From a virus (taxonomy: Duplodnaviria > Caudoviricetes): a DNA stretch of 36,602 bases. Shown piece by piece: positions 7,474 to 18,600 of this stretch (positions within the stretch are counted from its first letter, which is position 1; each line of letters begins with the position of its first letter). The notes under the pieces are model-generated. The model worked only from the letters and a program-made list of their open reading frames with translations, had not been told where the DNA came from and ran no database searches. The position numbers and the translations under genes were made by a program. The stretch spans positions 1 through 36,602 of the IMG/VR virus record IMGVR_UViG_3300043443_000129; one strand, given 5' to 3'.

Positions 7474-7953
7474 ATGGAAACAGGATATTCAGAAAAGGAC
7501 ATTAGATGTTTTGTGGATGTTGCTAGTGAATACTTCAAAGTAGATTTACTCAGCAATACAAGATTAGAAAACGTTGTTTCTGCTAGACAATCGTTGTTCT
7601 ATGTGCTTCGCTCAAGAGGTATACCTTATTCTATCATAGGTAAGGCGTTCAATAAGAACCACGCTACCGTAATACACGGACACAAGAAGGTAACTGACTA
7701 CATAAACATCAAGGACAAGGCAATATTGGCACTATACAAAGAGGCTGAGATGCTTGCAAAAGAGTACTTTAACGAGTCCCCAATCGTCATTAGTTTTTCT
7801 ACAGTGATGCGACTTAACATCTACAAAAACAGACTTGTTGAGTTTATCAAGGATTCGGAGTACTTATTGCCGTACGACACTAAAGAAGAACGAATCGCTG
7901 CTGCTGAGGTAATCATCAAAGAAGTCCTAAAGGATGAAATCAAGAGCGAGTGA
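7474..7953 (+). CDS. DnaA C-terminal (domain IV)-like HTH protein
   Basis: R...VVSARQ..FY.LR......SIIGKAFNKNHATVIHG.KKV matches the Bac_DnaA_C HTH; no AAA+ domain. Confidence 0.8.
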   Translation: METGYSEKDIRCFVDVASEYFKVDLLSNTRLENVVSARQSLFYVLRSRGIPYSIIGKAFNKNHATVIHGHKKVTDYINIKDKAILALYKEAEMLAKEYFNESPIVISFSTVMRLNIYKNRLVEFIKDSEYLLPYDTKEERIAAAEVIIKEVLKDEIKSE

Positions 7954-8092
7954 GGATGTAAAAGCCCTTTCTATGGTCAAGATGCACGGAAAGGATGATG
8001 CTATGAAGCACGCCACTCAGTGTATGTATATGGCTAATCAGGATGGCTACGAGTACTGGAAGAAGGTCATATCCATAATTGAAACACTATGA
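7934..8092 (+). CDS. hypothetical protein (52 aa, not in ORF track)
   Basis: MKSRASEDVKALSMVKMHGKDDAMKHATQCMYMANQDGYEYWKKVISIIETL; ATGA-coupled to the primase. Confidence 0.6.
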   Translation: MKSRASEDVKALSMVKMHGKDDAMKHATQCMYMANQDGYEYWKKVISIIETL

Positions 8093-9936
8093 GCGTACTA
8101 GACAAAAACGTTACCATATTTAGAAGTGTCTTCGAGAAGGATGCGCCTAACTACATAACTGTTCTTCAGGCTCTTGAGCGAATCAGAGAAGGAAAGCAGA
8201 GCGAGCGAGTTACCCTCATCAGAGAAGGCGAGAAGGAACTCAAGACCAAGCTGCCTGTAGTGCTATGGAGTGGTGAGTTTGAGACCAGGAATGATGATGC
8301 TCTTACCGAGCATAGCGGACTCATCGTCATTGACATCGACCACGTTACTAAGTTCTCTACCGTAGATGAGGTTAAGAACGCTCTATGTTTAGACAAACAC
8401 ATCATAGCGGTATGGGTCAGCCCATCAGGTGATGGCATCAAGGCGTTGGTACAGATACTGTACCCAGAGCGACACAGAGACCATTTCCGAGCACTTGAGC
8501 ACTACTTTGATAACAAGTACGGCATCGTTATAGATACGTCGGGAAAGAACGAATCTCGTGCTTGCTTTGAGTCCTACGACCCAGACATCTGCATCAAGAA
8601 TGCTGTTCCATTCCCTAACCTAATCTCCGAAGAATACGAACAGCGTAAGACACAAGAGATTAAGGTAGAGAAGTCAACAGACTACCAACGCCTTAACGTA
8701 GCTGCTACGATGATTCGTAGGGCTCCAGATGGCGAGAAGCACAACACTTTACTTCGTGCGTCTATCCTGTGCGGCGGATACATTGCCGCAGGAAAGATGG
8801 AAGAGGATGAGGTGTTCCGAGTCTTGCTTCGTGAGATTGAGCGCAGGGATGTTGAGAGCCTTGACTCAGCTAAGAAGACAATCACCGACGGCATCGAAGA
8901 AGGAAAGCGCAAGCCTATCCGTGAAATCATAACTGCTGAAGATACAGAGACCCGCAAGCTGAAGCTAGAAGATGGGGATATGTCGTTTATCTCATCAGAC
9001 GATACCGACGAGCAGTGGATTAACGACTTCGCAGATGGTAAAATACAGCTCGGGCTAACCACTGGACACCCAGAGATAGACAAGTACTTCGTCTACAAAA
9101 AGGACTTTACCATCATCAACGGACACAGCAACATCGGAAAGACTACGCTTGGCCTACACCTTATGGTAAACGCAGCCATACGCCACGACTGGCGATGGAT
9201 TGTTTACTCCGCAGAGAGCCGCACAGCATCCATCAAGATGCGCCTGATGCAATACGCCTGCGACAAGGAAATAAAGGAGATGAACTATATGATACGCAAG
9301 CGCGCCTACGATTGGGTCAAAGAGCACTTTATCTTCATCAACAACAACAAGGTGTTCTCGTATATGGACATCCTTCTTTACTGCGAGAAGATTCTTCAGT
9401 ACAAGAAGGTCGACGGCATATTCATTGACCCTTACAACTCTATGCGTGTAGATATGTCACGCACATCGGGCGTAGGCGTGCACGAGTACCACTACGATGC
9501 TGCATCTGAATTCCTTACCTTCTCCAATACCAATCAGGTGGCGCTGTGGCTTAACACTCACGCCATTACTGAGGCAGCAAGGAGAAGAGGAGAAGACGGA
9601 CTACCTGTTGCCCCGGGCGCTGAGGACAGCGAACACGGAGGTAAGTGGGTCAACCGAGCAGACAACTTCCTAACATTCCACCGTAAGATTCAGCATCCAA
9701 TCCCGCAGATGCGTAGGACTATGGAGTGGCACGTGCGCAAGATTCGTGAGACAGAAACAGGTGGAGAGCCCACATCATTTGACTCTCCAATACAACTAGA
9801 GATGAACAATTCACGTACCTCTCTACGTACCGTAAGGGGTAATTTGCTATTTCCTCCGTTAGGTAGTCAGGTGGAACAGAAGGAAATACTTTTGGGTCAC
9901 GACTATTTAAATGATGATTATAGCAAGATATTTTGA
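8089..9936 (+). CDS. primase-helicase: BT4734/VirE-N-type AEP primase fused to DnaB-like SF4 helicase
   Basis: K.KLP...SG.F..R, HSGLIVIDIDH, SPSGDGIK and D.SGKN.SRACFESYDP (BT4734-like); Walker A GHSNIGKT, YSAE, IFIDPYN and KIR motifs. Confidence 0.88.
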   Translation: MSVLDKNVTIFRSVFEKDAPNYITVLQALERIREGKQSERVTLIREGEKELKTKLPVVLWSGEFETRNDDALTEHSGLIVIDIDHVTKFSTVDEVKNALCLDKHIIAVWVSPSGDGIKALVQILYPERHRDHFRALEHYFDNKYGIVIDTSGKNESRACFESYDPDICIKNAVPFPNLISEEYEQRKTQEIKVEKSTDYQRLNVAATMIRRAPDGEKHNTLLRASILCGGYIAAGKMEEDEVFRVLLREIERRDVESLDSAKKTITDGIEEGKRKPIREIITAEDTETRKLKLEDGDMSFISSDDTDEQWINDFADGKIQLGLTTGHPEIDKYFVYKKDFTIINGHSNIGKTTLGLHLMVNAAIRHDWRWIVYSAESRTASIKMRLMQYACDKEIKEMNYMIRKRAYDWVKEHFIFINNNKVFSYMDILLYCEKILQYKKVDGIFIDPYNSMRVDMSRTSGVGVHEYHYDAASEFLTFSNTNQVALWLNTHAITEAARRRGEDGLPVAPGAEDSEHGGKWVNRADNFLTFHRKIQHPIPQMRRTMEWHVRKIRETETGGEPTSFDSPIQLEMNNSRTSLRTVRGNLLFPPLGSQVEQKEILLGHDYLNDDYSKIF

Positions 9937-9944
9937 TAAATTTG
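9937..9944 (+). promoter_or_regulatory. possible -7 promoter box, 4 nt before ATG 9949
   Basis: TAAATTTG in the 12-bp intergenic gap. Confidence 0.5.
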
Positions 9945-9948
9945 TTTA

Positions 9949-10509
9949 ATGCCCGATGATTACAGAGAGATTACAATACCTGTTCCGAAGCCACCTAGCC
10001 TTAATGCGCTATATTCTGGGAAACACTGGAGCAATCGTTTCGGCGAGAAATCTTCCTTTGGAAAGCAGATTAAGCAGACACTTCACCATTTCGACAAGTT
10101 CTCTGCTAGCAAGATTAGCATACACCTTAGGTATAATTGTAGGTTTGATGTCGACAATACTATCGTTGCTATTAAGTTTCTCGCTGATTATCTTAAGTCT
10201 CACGGATATATTGTTGACGATACCCCGAAATATTTTACTGCTATTAGCTCAGAGTACGATAATTCCCTCGGAAAAAACGAATTCGTAGCTACCATAAAAT
10301 GCTGGGGGTACAAAATTGTAGAAGATGACCAAGAGCCAGCTATCAAAGCAGTACCACCTAGCCGCAGAAGGCGTACACAGAGCAATGACGGAGCTGTACG
10401 AAAACCTACACGGAGAACAAGGACTTCCAATAGCCGAAAAAGAACAAGTGGAGAAGATGCTCCAAAAGTTCCAAGCGTGCGTAAGAGAAGAACTAAACGG
10501 GATACGTGA
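9949..10509 (+). CDS. RusA-like Holliday junction resolvase with basic C-terminal extension
   Basis: PPSLN..Y ... RFDVDN....KF..D.L...G.IVDD matches RusA-fold motifs; the last ~60 aa are Arg-rich and overlap the next gene. Confidence 0.72.
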   Translation: MPDDYREITIPVPKPPSLNALYSGKHWSNRFGEKSSFGKQIKQTLHHFDKFSASKISIHLRYNCRFDVDNTIVAIKFLADYLKSHGYIVDDTPKYFTAISSEYDNSLGKNEFVATIKCWGYKIVEDDQEPAIKAVPPSRRRRTQSNDGAVRKPTRRTRTSNSRKRTSGEDAPKVPSVRKRRTKRDT

Positions 10510-10537
10510 ATCCATAAAAGAATATCACAAAGAATGA
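10325..10537 (+). CDS. hypothetical helical protein
   Basis: 70 aa with normal composition; ATGA-coupled to the glycosyltransferase. Confidence 0.65.
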   Translation: MTKSQLSKQYHLAAEGVHRAMTELYENLHGEQGLPIAEKEQVEKMLQKFQACVREELNGIRESIKEYHKE

Positions 10538-11496
10538 TTAGTTTAATTCACATTGACGGCCTAGGCGGTGTCAACTACCATAGGCTTGTAACCCCATTGC
10601 GTAGGCTCCAAGAGCAGGGCGTAAACCTACACTGGATTGACAGCCTTAATAGCCTTAAGGATATGAACCTTGACGTGGTAGACAACCTGATTGTGTCAAG
10701 GAAGCTGTCCGTCAACGACCACAAGGCATTCAAACGTATGCTCGTCAAGCACAAGGTGAAGCTCATCTTGGATAACGATGACTACTGGGACTTGAGTAAC
10801 GCAAATCCTGCGAAGGGTTTATATGATGTCTACTACGGCCCAGACATCAAGAAAACGATTAAGATTGCTGACATCATCTGGACCCCATCTGAATACCTAG
10901 CTAAGCAGATGCAACAGATAAATCCAAACGCTGTCATTGAAATCATAAACAACGCCATTAACCTTGACGAGGAGCAATGGATAGACCAAGAGAAATACCC
11001 AAGCGACCTAGTGCGCTTTGGATATGTTGGAGCCCTAGGCCACGACTACGACGTACAGAGTATTGGCTATGACTTCAAAGACAAAGAGCTGTACTGCGGA
11101 CAGATAAGCGACTACCCGCAGATTCTAAACGCTAAGTATGTGATGTCCCCTAGGCCAATTCACTCATACGGTCAGATGTACAAGAGCTTTGATGTAAGCC
11201 TAGTACCATTGACCGCCAACAGATTTAATTGGAGCAAGAGCGACCTTAAGATTACTGAGGCAGCCGTTACAAAGACAGCCGTCATCGCATCAAGGACAAG
11301 ACCATACAACAAGGTAATTATCCACGGAGAGACCGGACTATTATGTTCAAACAAACAAGAGTGGAAGGAAGCCATTGAGATGATGACACCAGAGTTTGCT
11401 AAAACTCTTGCTCAGAATCTACACGACGCGTTGAAGGATTCTCCAGACCACAATCTAGATTTAGTTAACTTAAAGAGAGCCAAGTACTTAGTATGA
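10534..11496 (+). CDS. GT-B (GT4-like) glycosyltransferase
   Basis: GGVNYHRL..P, DNDDYW, RFGYVG...H..D, FDVSLVPL...FN.SKSDLK..EA and IIHGETGLL motifs. Confidence 0.85.
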   Translation: MISLIHIDGLGGVNYHRLVTPLRRLQEQGVNLHWIDSLNSLKDMNLDVVDNLIVSRKLSVNDHKAFKRMLVKHKVKLILDNDDYWDLSNANPAKGLYDVYYGPDIKKTIKIADIIWTPSEYLAKQMQQINPNAVIEIINNAINLDEEQWIDQEKYPSDLVRFGYVGALGHDYDVQSIGYDFKDKELYCGQISDYPQILNAKYVMSPRPIHSYGQMYKSFDVSLVPLTANRFNWSKSDLKITEAAVTKTAVIASRTRPYNKVIIHGETGLLCSNKQEWKEAIEMMTPEFAKTLAQNLHDALKDSPDHNLDLVNLKRAKYLV

Positions 11497-12029
11497 TACA
11501 CATTATCACACCGTGCCACCGGCCTAAGAACCTCAACGAGATAAAGAAGTCCATTCCTAAAGAGTGTAACTGGATTATCGTCTTCGATGCTGTTGTAGAT
11601 AATCCACCAAAGATTGACGGAGCCATATGCCTAGAGTCTGGAAAAACAGGAGACTTTGGTGCGCACAACAGAAACTTCGCTCTAGATACTTACCGGTTTG
11701 CGCCTGATGATTGGATTGCCTTTCTGGATAGCGACAACATTATGCACCCAGAATGGATTGAGTCCGTCAAGCCGCACCTCGACAAAGATATTGTAATGCT
11801 TACGTGGGGACAGCTTAATAAAGATGAGTCTGTCCGTCTAGTTCCAGTAGATGTACCAAAGGTTTGTGAGATTGACTCAGCCTCATTTATGGTTAAGTGG
11901 AAGCACGTCAGAGATATACGCTGGAGCAGAAACTATACCCACGATGGTGAGTACGCTGAAGACTGCGCCACAAGAGGCCGTGTACTTGCGCTAAACAAGT
12001 ACATCGCTTACTATAACTATATAGACTAG
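11493..12029 (+). CDS. GT-A (GT2-like) glycosyltransferase
   Basis: IHIITPCHRP, G...RN.ALD and FLDSDN (DxD) motifs. Confidence 0.8.
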   Translation: MIHIITPCHRPKNLNEIKKSIPKECNWIIVFDAVVDNPPKIDGAICLESGKTGDFGAHNRNFALDTYRFAPDDWIAFLDSDNIMHPEWIESVKPHLDKDIVMLTWGQLNKDESVRLVPVDVPKVCEIDSASFMVKWKHVRDIRWSRNYTHDGEYAEDCATRGRVLALNKYIAYYNYID

Positions 12030-12163
12030 CCCTGACCTACGCTAAGCTTGGCGTAGTTCTTACTGTTCTTACTCTTAGAGTACTTAGTCTTTGCGTGAAC
12101 GCCTGGACGCTTGCGGCGCGCCTTACGCTGGAACGTTGCCTTTGCTTCTTTTACCTTAGCCAT
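12026..12163 (-). CDS. small highly basic protein (45 aa, not in ORF track)
   Basis: MAKVKEAKATFQRKARRKRPGVHAKTKYSKSKNSKNYAKLSVGQG. The RPGVHAK...SKNY.K...GQG pattern is recalled from Bacteroidota phages. Confidence 0.8.
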   Translation of the reverse strand: MAKVKEAKATFQRKARRKRPGVHAKTKYSKSKNSKNYAKLSVGQG

Positions 12164-12600
12164 CTTGTTACGAATCTTGTAGCCAAGATAAATAATAAAA
12201 TGACAAACAGGGATAAAAGAAGAATATCTTTTGCTTTATCTACCCAAGTTTTTGGATTCGGAACATACTCAACCACAGGCACTTTGACCTCTACATCTCT
12301 TACGATGTTGTAAGGCTTTACCTTGGTCTTGACGATGATTCTGTCTTCGTACTTGATAAGTGTTGTAACAACTGTATCGTTGCTAACAACCACACTGTCA
12401 ACTCCAGAAAAAGAAACTGTATCCGCATACGCAATCTCTTTGGTTACAACAGTATCCACTTTTACTATCACTCTTTCTTTGAGCAATGATGGATTCAATT
12501 GCGTTGCGCGGTTCAGATGCCACGTCGCGCGCTTGTTGGCCGAGCACCCCGATAAAAGGATGCTCATCAATAATGCCAGTGCAACAAATTTCTTCATCAT
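12151..12600 (-). CDS. lipoprotein with C-terminal TM helix, putative unimolecular spanin
   Basis: Signal peptide with lipobox LSGC, V/T-rich beta core, C-terminal TM ILLLSLFVILLFILA and basic tail. Confidence 0.65.
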   Translation of the reverse strand: MMKKFVALALLMSILLSGCSANKRATWHLNRATQLNPSLLKERVIVKVDTVVTKEIAYADTVSFSGVDSVVVSNDTVVTTLIKYEDRIIVKTKVKPYNIVRDVEVKVPVVEYVPNPKTWVDKAKDILLLSLFVILLFILATRFVTRWLR

Positions 12601-15600
12601 TTTTGAGAGTATAGTTTTCGGATGACAGCATAAAATTCTTCGTTAGGGCGGAATCCAGTCTCACGAAGGTCCTTCATTACGTCGTTAAACTCCTCAGGCT
12701 CAAGCTTTCCGAACTTATCGTAGAACACACGTGCGGCCTCGCTCGGCGTGTCTGCAAATCTAATGCTCATCAGGCTCTTATCCTTGTCGCTAGACGCGAT
12801 TGCGTAGAAGTATTTACGGCCAATACGCTCTCTCTTTTCGGCTGGCACAGTAGACAGAATCTTGTTGAGTTCCTCCTGATAGCGCTTGCCGTTCTTGTTG
12901 AAGTGGCCTTGCTCTTTGTGCTTGTTAGCAAGAGCTTTAATCTTCTCGCTAGCAAGGTAGTCTTCAGTAGACTCCTCAAGTTTAATCTCCTGCTGTGAGC
13001 CAGAACGCTTAACATAGTCAGGCCAGTTAGGATTCACTGAACGAACAAACACCTTAGTAGCGTTACTCTTGATGTTCTTGAGCTCCCTTGTGGCGCGCCC
13101 CTCAACAGACTCCTGAAGTTGCTTGTCGGAGAGGTCTACGTCTTCAATGTTAAGCGAATCGGTTGCAGCTCTGGCGGCCAAGTCAAGTACACCGTATGCT
13201 ACTCCAACGAGGAAGTTAGTCGTAGGGCTAGTGATAATTGACTCTACTCCAGCCTTCAATCGTGGAGCTGAGATGTCTGGGATGTACTCAGACTCAGAAG
13301 CCTTAGCGAGCGCCTTGTAGAAGTACTCTACGCGGTCACTGCTGCGACCTTCTGCGTAAGGCTCTACCTGACCAAAGATGTACTCTGGGACGATGGTAGC
13401 GTTACGGAATGAGTCATAGTTAAAGAATGACTTAGCAATAACAGACATTACTGGAACTCTGTTCATAAGGTCGTAGGCCTTGTCAATACCAGGAACGAAG
13501 AATGGAACACCGTCAGCAGCGTTCTCCCAAGCGAGCTTAACCTCCTCTTCCGAGAACTTCTTAGGCTTACCATTTATCGTAGAGGCCCAAGAGTGAGCCA
13601 GCATCTCGATAGGCACAGTAAGTGGGAGAAGCTGTTGTGGTTTCTTCAGTCGGATGTACTGACGCTTACCATCCTCATCCTTTGTTGGAAGTAGAATGAT
13701 ATGGTAGCGGTAGCGCATATACGGGTCTACATCCTCGTATTCATCGTCTCCGTAGGTAAGGATATTGTAGAACACAAGACCCATAAGGCCAGCGGCATAC
13801 TGGAAGAACTTCTCGGCAAACGCCTTTGGATTGTCCTTAATGCCATTGAAGGTAGCCAAAGTAGCTTGGAATGCTACGTTGAGGTACGGAGCAATAGCGT
13901 CAAGGTCTTTGGTAAGCGTTCCGCCCTTGCTAAAGTCAACAACAGAGCGAGCTTCGGCAGCAGCCATAAACTTAATCTTCTCAAGGCCATCCTTTGTCTT
14001 AGCTAAGTCTGGGTACTGCTGCTTGAGGTTAGAAATCATACGGCTGTAAACAGCTAGTCGAATACCAATTTCAAAGGTCTCGCCAGTAAATGCAATGCCC
14101 TTAGTAACTCTGTTCCACCGCTTAGCCAGAGCATACTCAAAGCTGTTCTTGTACTTCTCCTTAAAGCGGTACTCTGGACGGAACTCTTGGCTCATAAACG
14201 ACATACCTCCACCGTGGGCGAAATAGTCACGAACAAGCTCTTGGTCGGTAGCCTTTGAGTAGATACCAACAGCGTAATCCTTGGCCATCTTCAAGAGAGC
14301 CACTGGTAGTAGGCTGTCTTTGCCGTAGATTTTATTTCTGGCCATTACAACAGCCAGTGTTTCAGGAACCACTAAGCCAAACCCAAAGAAGATGTTGTAT
14401 CCAGTAGCAAAGGCACGAAGGACTGGCGCTCCAGAAAGAGACGAAAGAATCTTCTTAGCTCGTCCACCAACGCCAAAGAAGCTGCGGTTAGCGTCCTGCC
14501 ACTGAACATACATATCATTGCGTAGCTGGAATGCACGAAGCTTTCCATTCTCCTTGTAGAATACGTTGGTGAATCCTTTGTCAGCAGGGTCAACTTTGCT
14601 GTTGCCGTATTGGTCGGTAGCAATGCTTCCGTCAAACAACGTAGCGTAGTTAGCCTTGCGGAGGAAGTCAGCGCTGTCTGGAGAAATCTCCTTAGCGAGT
14701 TCTCTGTTGGCGATATTCTCGAAGCGCTTAGCCTCTTGAGATTTGTAGGCAAGAGACAACAGCATACGAGAGTCCATAAGCAGGTTGCCTTCGCTACCCT
14801 CTTGGATAGACTTAAGCACATCTTGCTTGAGTCCCATACCAGAGCGCTCAAACACTTCATCGTCAAGAGCCTCAAATATTTTCTCTACAAACTTGCGTGG
14901 CTCGTAGTCGTCCTTAACGAATCTGTCAAACGTCTGCTTGTCGATAAGGCCATTCTGCTCATAGGTTCTGAGGATGTTTCTGAACTCATCGAAGTAAGCA
15001 TCAGCACGCATATTGAGCTTTCCAAACATCGTGGCTCCGAGCTTGCGCTCCATTGCCGTAATGGCTTGGATGGCCTCCTCAGCGTTAAGCCCCTTTGGAT
15101 GTTTTGGGCGAACAGCATAATCGTCAGCGTACTCCTTGAGCTTTTCACGCTGCTGACGGATGTTCATCTTGTCGTTCTCAAGCTCACTAATGAACTTATT
15201 GTCAGGCTTAGACTTAGCCTTTTCTGACTTGATTAGCTCATCAATGGCCTTGATGTCAACGACCATCTTAGCGTCGAAGTTGTTGAGATTCTGTTCCGCT
15301 AATGCCTTGCGCTCATCCCAATTAGAATCAATCTGAATGACGCGACGCATAAAGATGATTTGGTCAAGAGCCTCAATCTCACCACGAGAAAGGTCTCTAT
15401 AGATTAGCTTCTCTGCGCGGTTGAACAAGTCCGTTGCGTTTGCCTGAGCACCAGCACGAAGCGTCATAAGGTTCTCGGCATAATCCATACCGCCATCAAG
15501 CATAGCCTCACGGATGTCTGCCTGACGGTCAAGCCACGCCTTCTTAGATAGGATGTTGGTCTTCTTCTCGTTGAACAACTTCATACGCTCTGCGTACTCT

Positions 15601-18600
15601 TTGTCCGAATCGTAAGATGCCTTAGCAACCTTATCCAATGCAGCGTCTTCTGCGCTCTCCTCGACGGGAGACAGCTTGATGCGCTTAGAGAATTGAACAG
15701 CCGAGCGAGTAAACTGCGTAGGCGAGTTCAGGTTCATAAAGATTTTTGGAATGGGGATGATTTCTCCATTCATACTATGAGCCTGGAACAGCTTAGCGTA
15801 CTGCTCTACGTAGTCAATCGGGTCAAGATTAAGGCGCTTTGAGTTCTTGCGAATCTGTGCTTCGTCAAGAATGACTCTAGCGTTTAATCTCTCTAGCGTT
15901 TCTTGAAGGAGATTAACCTTCTCCGTCTCTGATAAACTGTCGAAGTTTGCTTGAGAAAGAGAATTCATAAGCTCGTCATACTTTTCAGACGGGAAAGCAT
16001 ACAGCACTCCAAGCTTATCAACGTATTCAAAATCACCAAGAAGAACTTCGTTGTCCTTATTGACCTTAAGAGAGAATAGCTGCCCAACTTTGCGGATATA
16101 TGCTTGGTTATTTAGCTGTACTCGGCGGTAATTGCTAACTTCTTTATCGTGCTTATGTTCCTTAGACAGAAGGTCAATTGCCTCTTTTGCAACCTTCTCA
16201 TCATTAGACTTAGAGAGTTCGGTTAACTTATCAATATATTCATTGTACAAGCCCATCTTGTCATCTTTGCTGTCGTTAACAGCAGTAAAGTCAAGTCCAG
16301 CATATTCAATGTCAGGGAACATTGTGGGTATGGTGCTTACAATCTTGCTGAATATCTCAGATGTTCCAGAAGAAAGGAATGGAGGTATGTTGTTGTACCC
16401 AAATACTTTAGAGTCATAAGCTACGCCAATGATTCTAGTATTAGGATTGTAGGTAAGATTAATGGTGTACGTATCCTGAATCTCCTTGCCTTTGTAGTCT
16501 TCTTTAATTACGTCAAGACCACGATGAAGCATAGGCACTTTCCAAGTGTGTGGGAATGAAAGCGTTCTAGTGTATAGGTCTCTAGAGGCAATTCCTTGAC
16601 CCATAGTGGAAATAGCTAAGCGAAGGTCATCAATGGATACAACTCCTTCTTTATCAATCTTATCGTATATGCTTTTTATGCTTCTATCTTTATTTGAGGC
16701 CTTTTCGTTGTATCCTATTAGGCTGTTTAAAGTGTCCTTGATGTAGGACCTTAACTCGGTACTAGGCTCTGAAAACTCAGAAAGCATAACTCGGTATCCA
16801 GCCTCTCCGCTGGTTGAAACTGCAGGCTTATACAAGTAAGCTGTAAATGAAATTCCAATGTCAGAAATAGCTGCCTGCATCTCAGCCTTTAACTCAGGGA
16901 ACACAACATATCCAAAGTCGTTGGATACATAGTTTGGATTTACAAAAGTCTTAAATGCAACCTTTGATACGTTGAGCTTAGCTATAGCAATAGCGTTGCC
17001 AAGGGAAACAAGCTGTTCTTGGCTTGCGGCCTCGTTTGTAGATGCATCTACAATACCACGTTTAGTGAATTTAAGTCTGTGGTAGTTGTCAGATGAGCCA
17101 GCTCCAACCTTACGAACGTGAACAATGCCTTCTTTAGCGTCAGCCAAAACAGCATCTACGTTTGAAGGCATCGCCTTGGAAAGACTGACATCTTGGTGTA
17201 CGATATATGCGTTTAGCTCAAAGCTCCTGCTTGCTGGAGCCATAGCAAGCATAAGAGCAATTCCTTGTCCATCCTCACCCATCAAAGACTTTTGAATAGA
17301 AGCTGATGTATCAGTGTCAATATCCTCATCAACGTATGGGATGAGCTCCTCAAGGGGAGTGTCTAGCTCTGAGTCAGTAATGAACGAATCTAGTCTTAGA
17401 GAAGCCAGATTAGAGCTGGACAACGATGAAGTTAGCTTGTCAACAATCTTAGCCCGTTGAACTTGATACTCATCAAGCAACGCTTGGAACGAAGCAGAGC
17501 TGTCGTCATACCCCGCTGGGTTTAGTGGAGATGTGAACGCTTGGTATAGCAACTCGACATTACCAGTTGCCATATGTACTTCGCTCATATAGCCGCGGAT
17601 GTACAGCTTCGATAGTTCGCTCAGTGGAGCATCACCAGTCTTGTAAACCACATCATCTCTGGTCATACGCTCAACCATAGCGTCAGCATCCGCAGCAAAC
17701 TCTTTAGCTTTGACCTTACTAAATAGAGAGGCCATAATGCGCTCCTTGGCCTCCTCTAGCGTCTTGGTCTTATACTGGCTAAACGAAGGAACCTCAGTGG
17801 CAGAAGCCAACAGATTCGCAAAGTCATCAAGACGAGATGTAGAATTAAATTCTGCAATAGACATTGGAGTCGGACGTAATTGCTCGTCGAACTCAACCTT
17901 TGCAACGTCTACTACGTTGTTTGCGAATGAACTCTGTGCAGCCGATTCAGCAGAATTGTTTCTGATGTAGTCTTGGAATGCATCAGCAAGTGCAGTATAT
18001 GCAAGAGCTTCACGAATCTCTTTGTTATTTAGTTCAATGCTCTCGTATACCTTATTCCCCTTTATTTTATTGTATAATCCTTCGCTCATTGCGATTTCGT
18101 TGAGCTCTTCGTAGCTGTCGACTGCTTGATTGACAATAGGGTCTGCTCCTTTTTTACTAGAGAGAACCGAGGACATCACGGAACTAAATGCGCTAGGATT
18201 CTGTTCCTTCAGCATCTCAATAAATACAGCACTGTAGCCGTAGATTGCTTGGTCTACGTTCTTAGCTGCTGCATTGATGACGATGAATTTATCTGCCTTG
18301 ATGTCCTTAGGGATATTGTATCCCTTCTTACGGAAGGACTCAACGGCATCTACTGGCATCATCTGCTCGACAACTGTTCCCGTTCTGAGGTCTGGGAAGT
18401 TGAAGAATCCAACTTTTGATACGTAGTCAAACTTCTTGTCGTTGACAACCACAAAAGGCAGATTCATTTTGGTGGACAGCTTTTCAATAAGCGGAAGCAC
18501 CGTTGACAGGGCGGGGTTCAGGTTCTGAATTTCCTCAGTAGGAACAATGTCAGCGTCAATGTCAATGCGCACCTCAGCATCTTCAGCGAGGAAGCGACGC

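Noticed and set aside
12770-15148. Other same-strand alternative-frame ORFs in the giant gene (12770-13015, 14372-14875, 14885-15148) as nested genes
   Set aside because: They have the Ser/Arg/Leu/Thr-rich composition typical of shadow frames, overlie conserved main-frame domains, and match no family I recognise.
17305-18570. DEDIDTD and DIDAD in the giant protein as RNA polymerase catalytic loops
   Set aside because: They lack the (A/G)DFDxD context and sit in acidic linker-like sequence; the surrounding features are zincin/LPD38-type.
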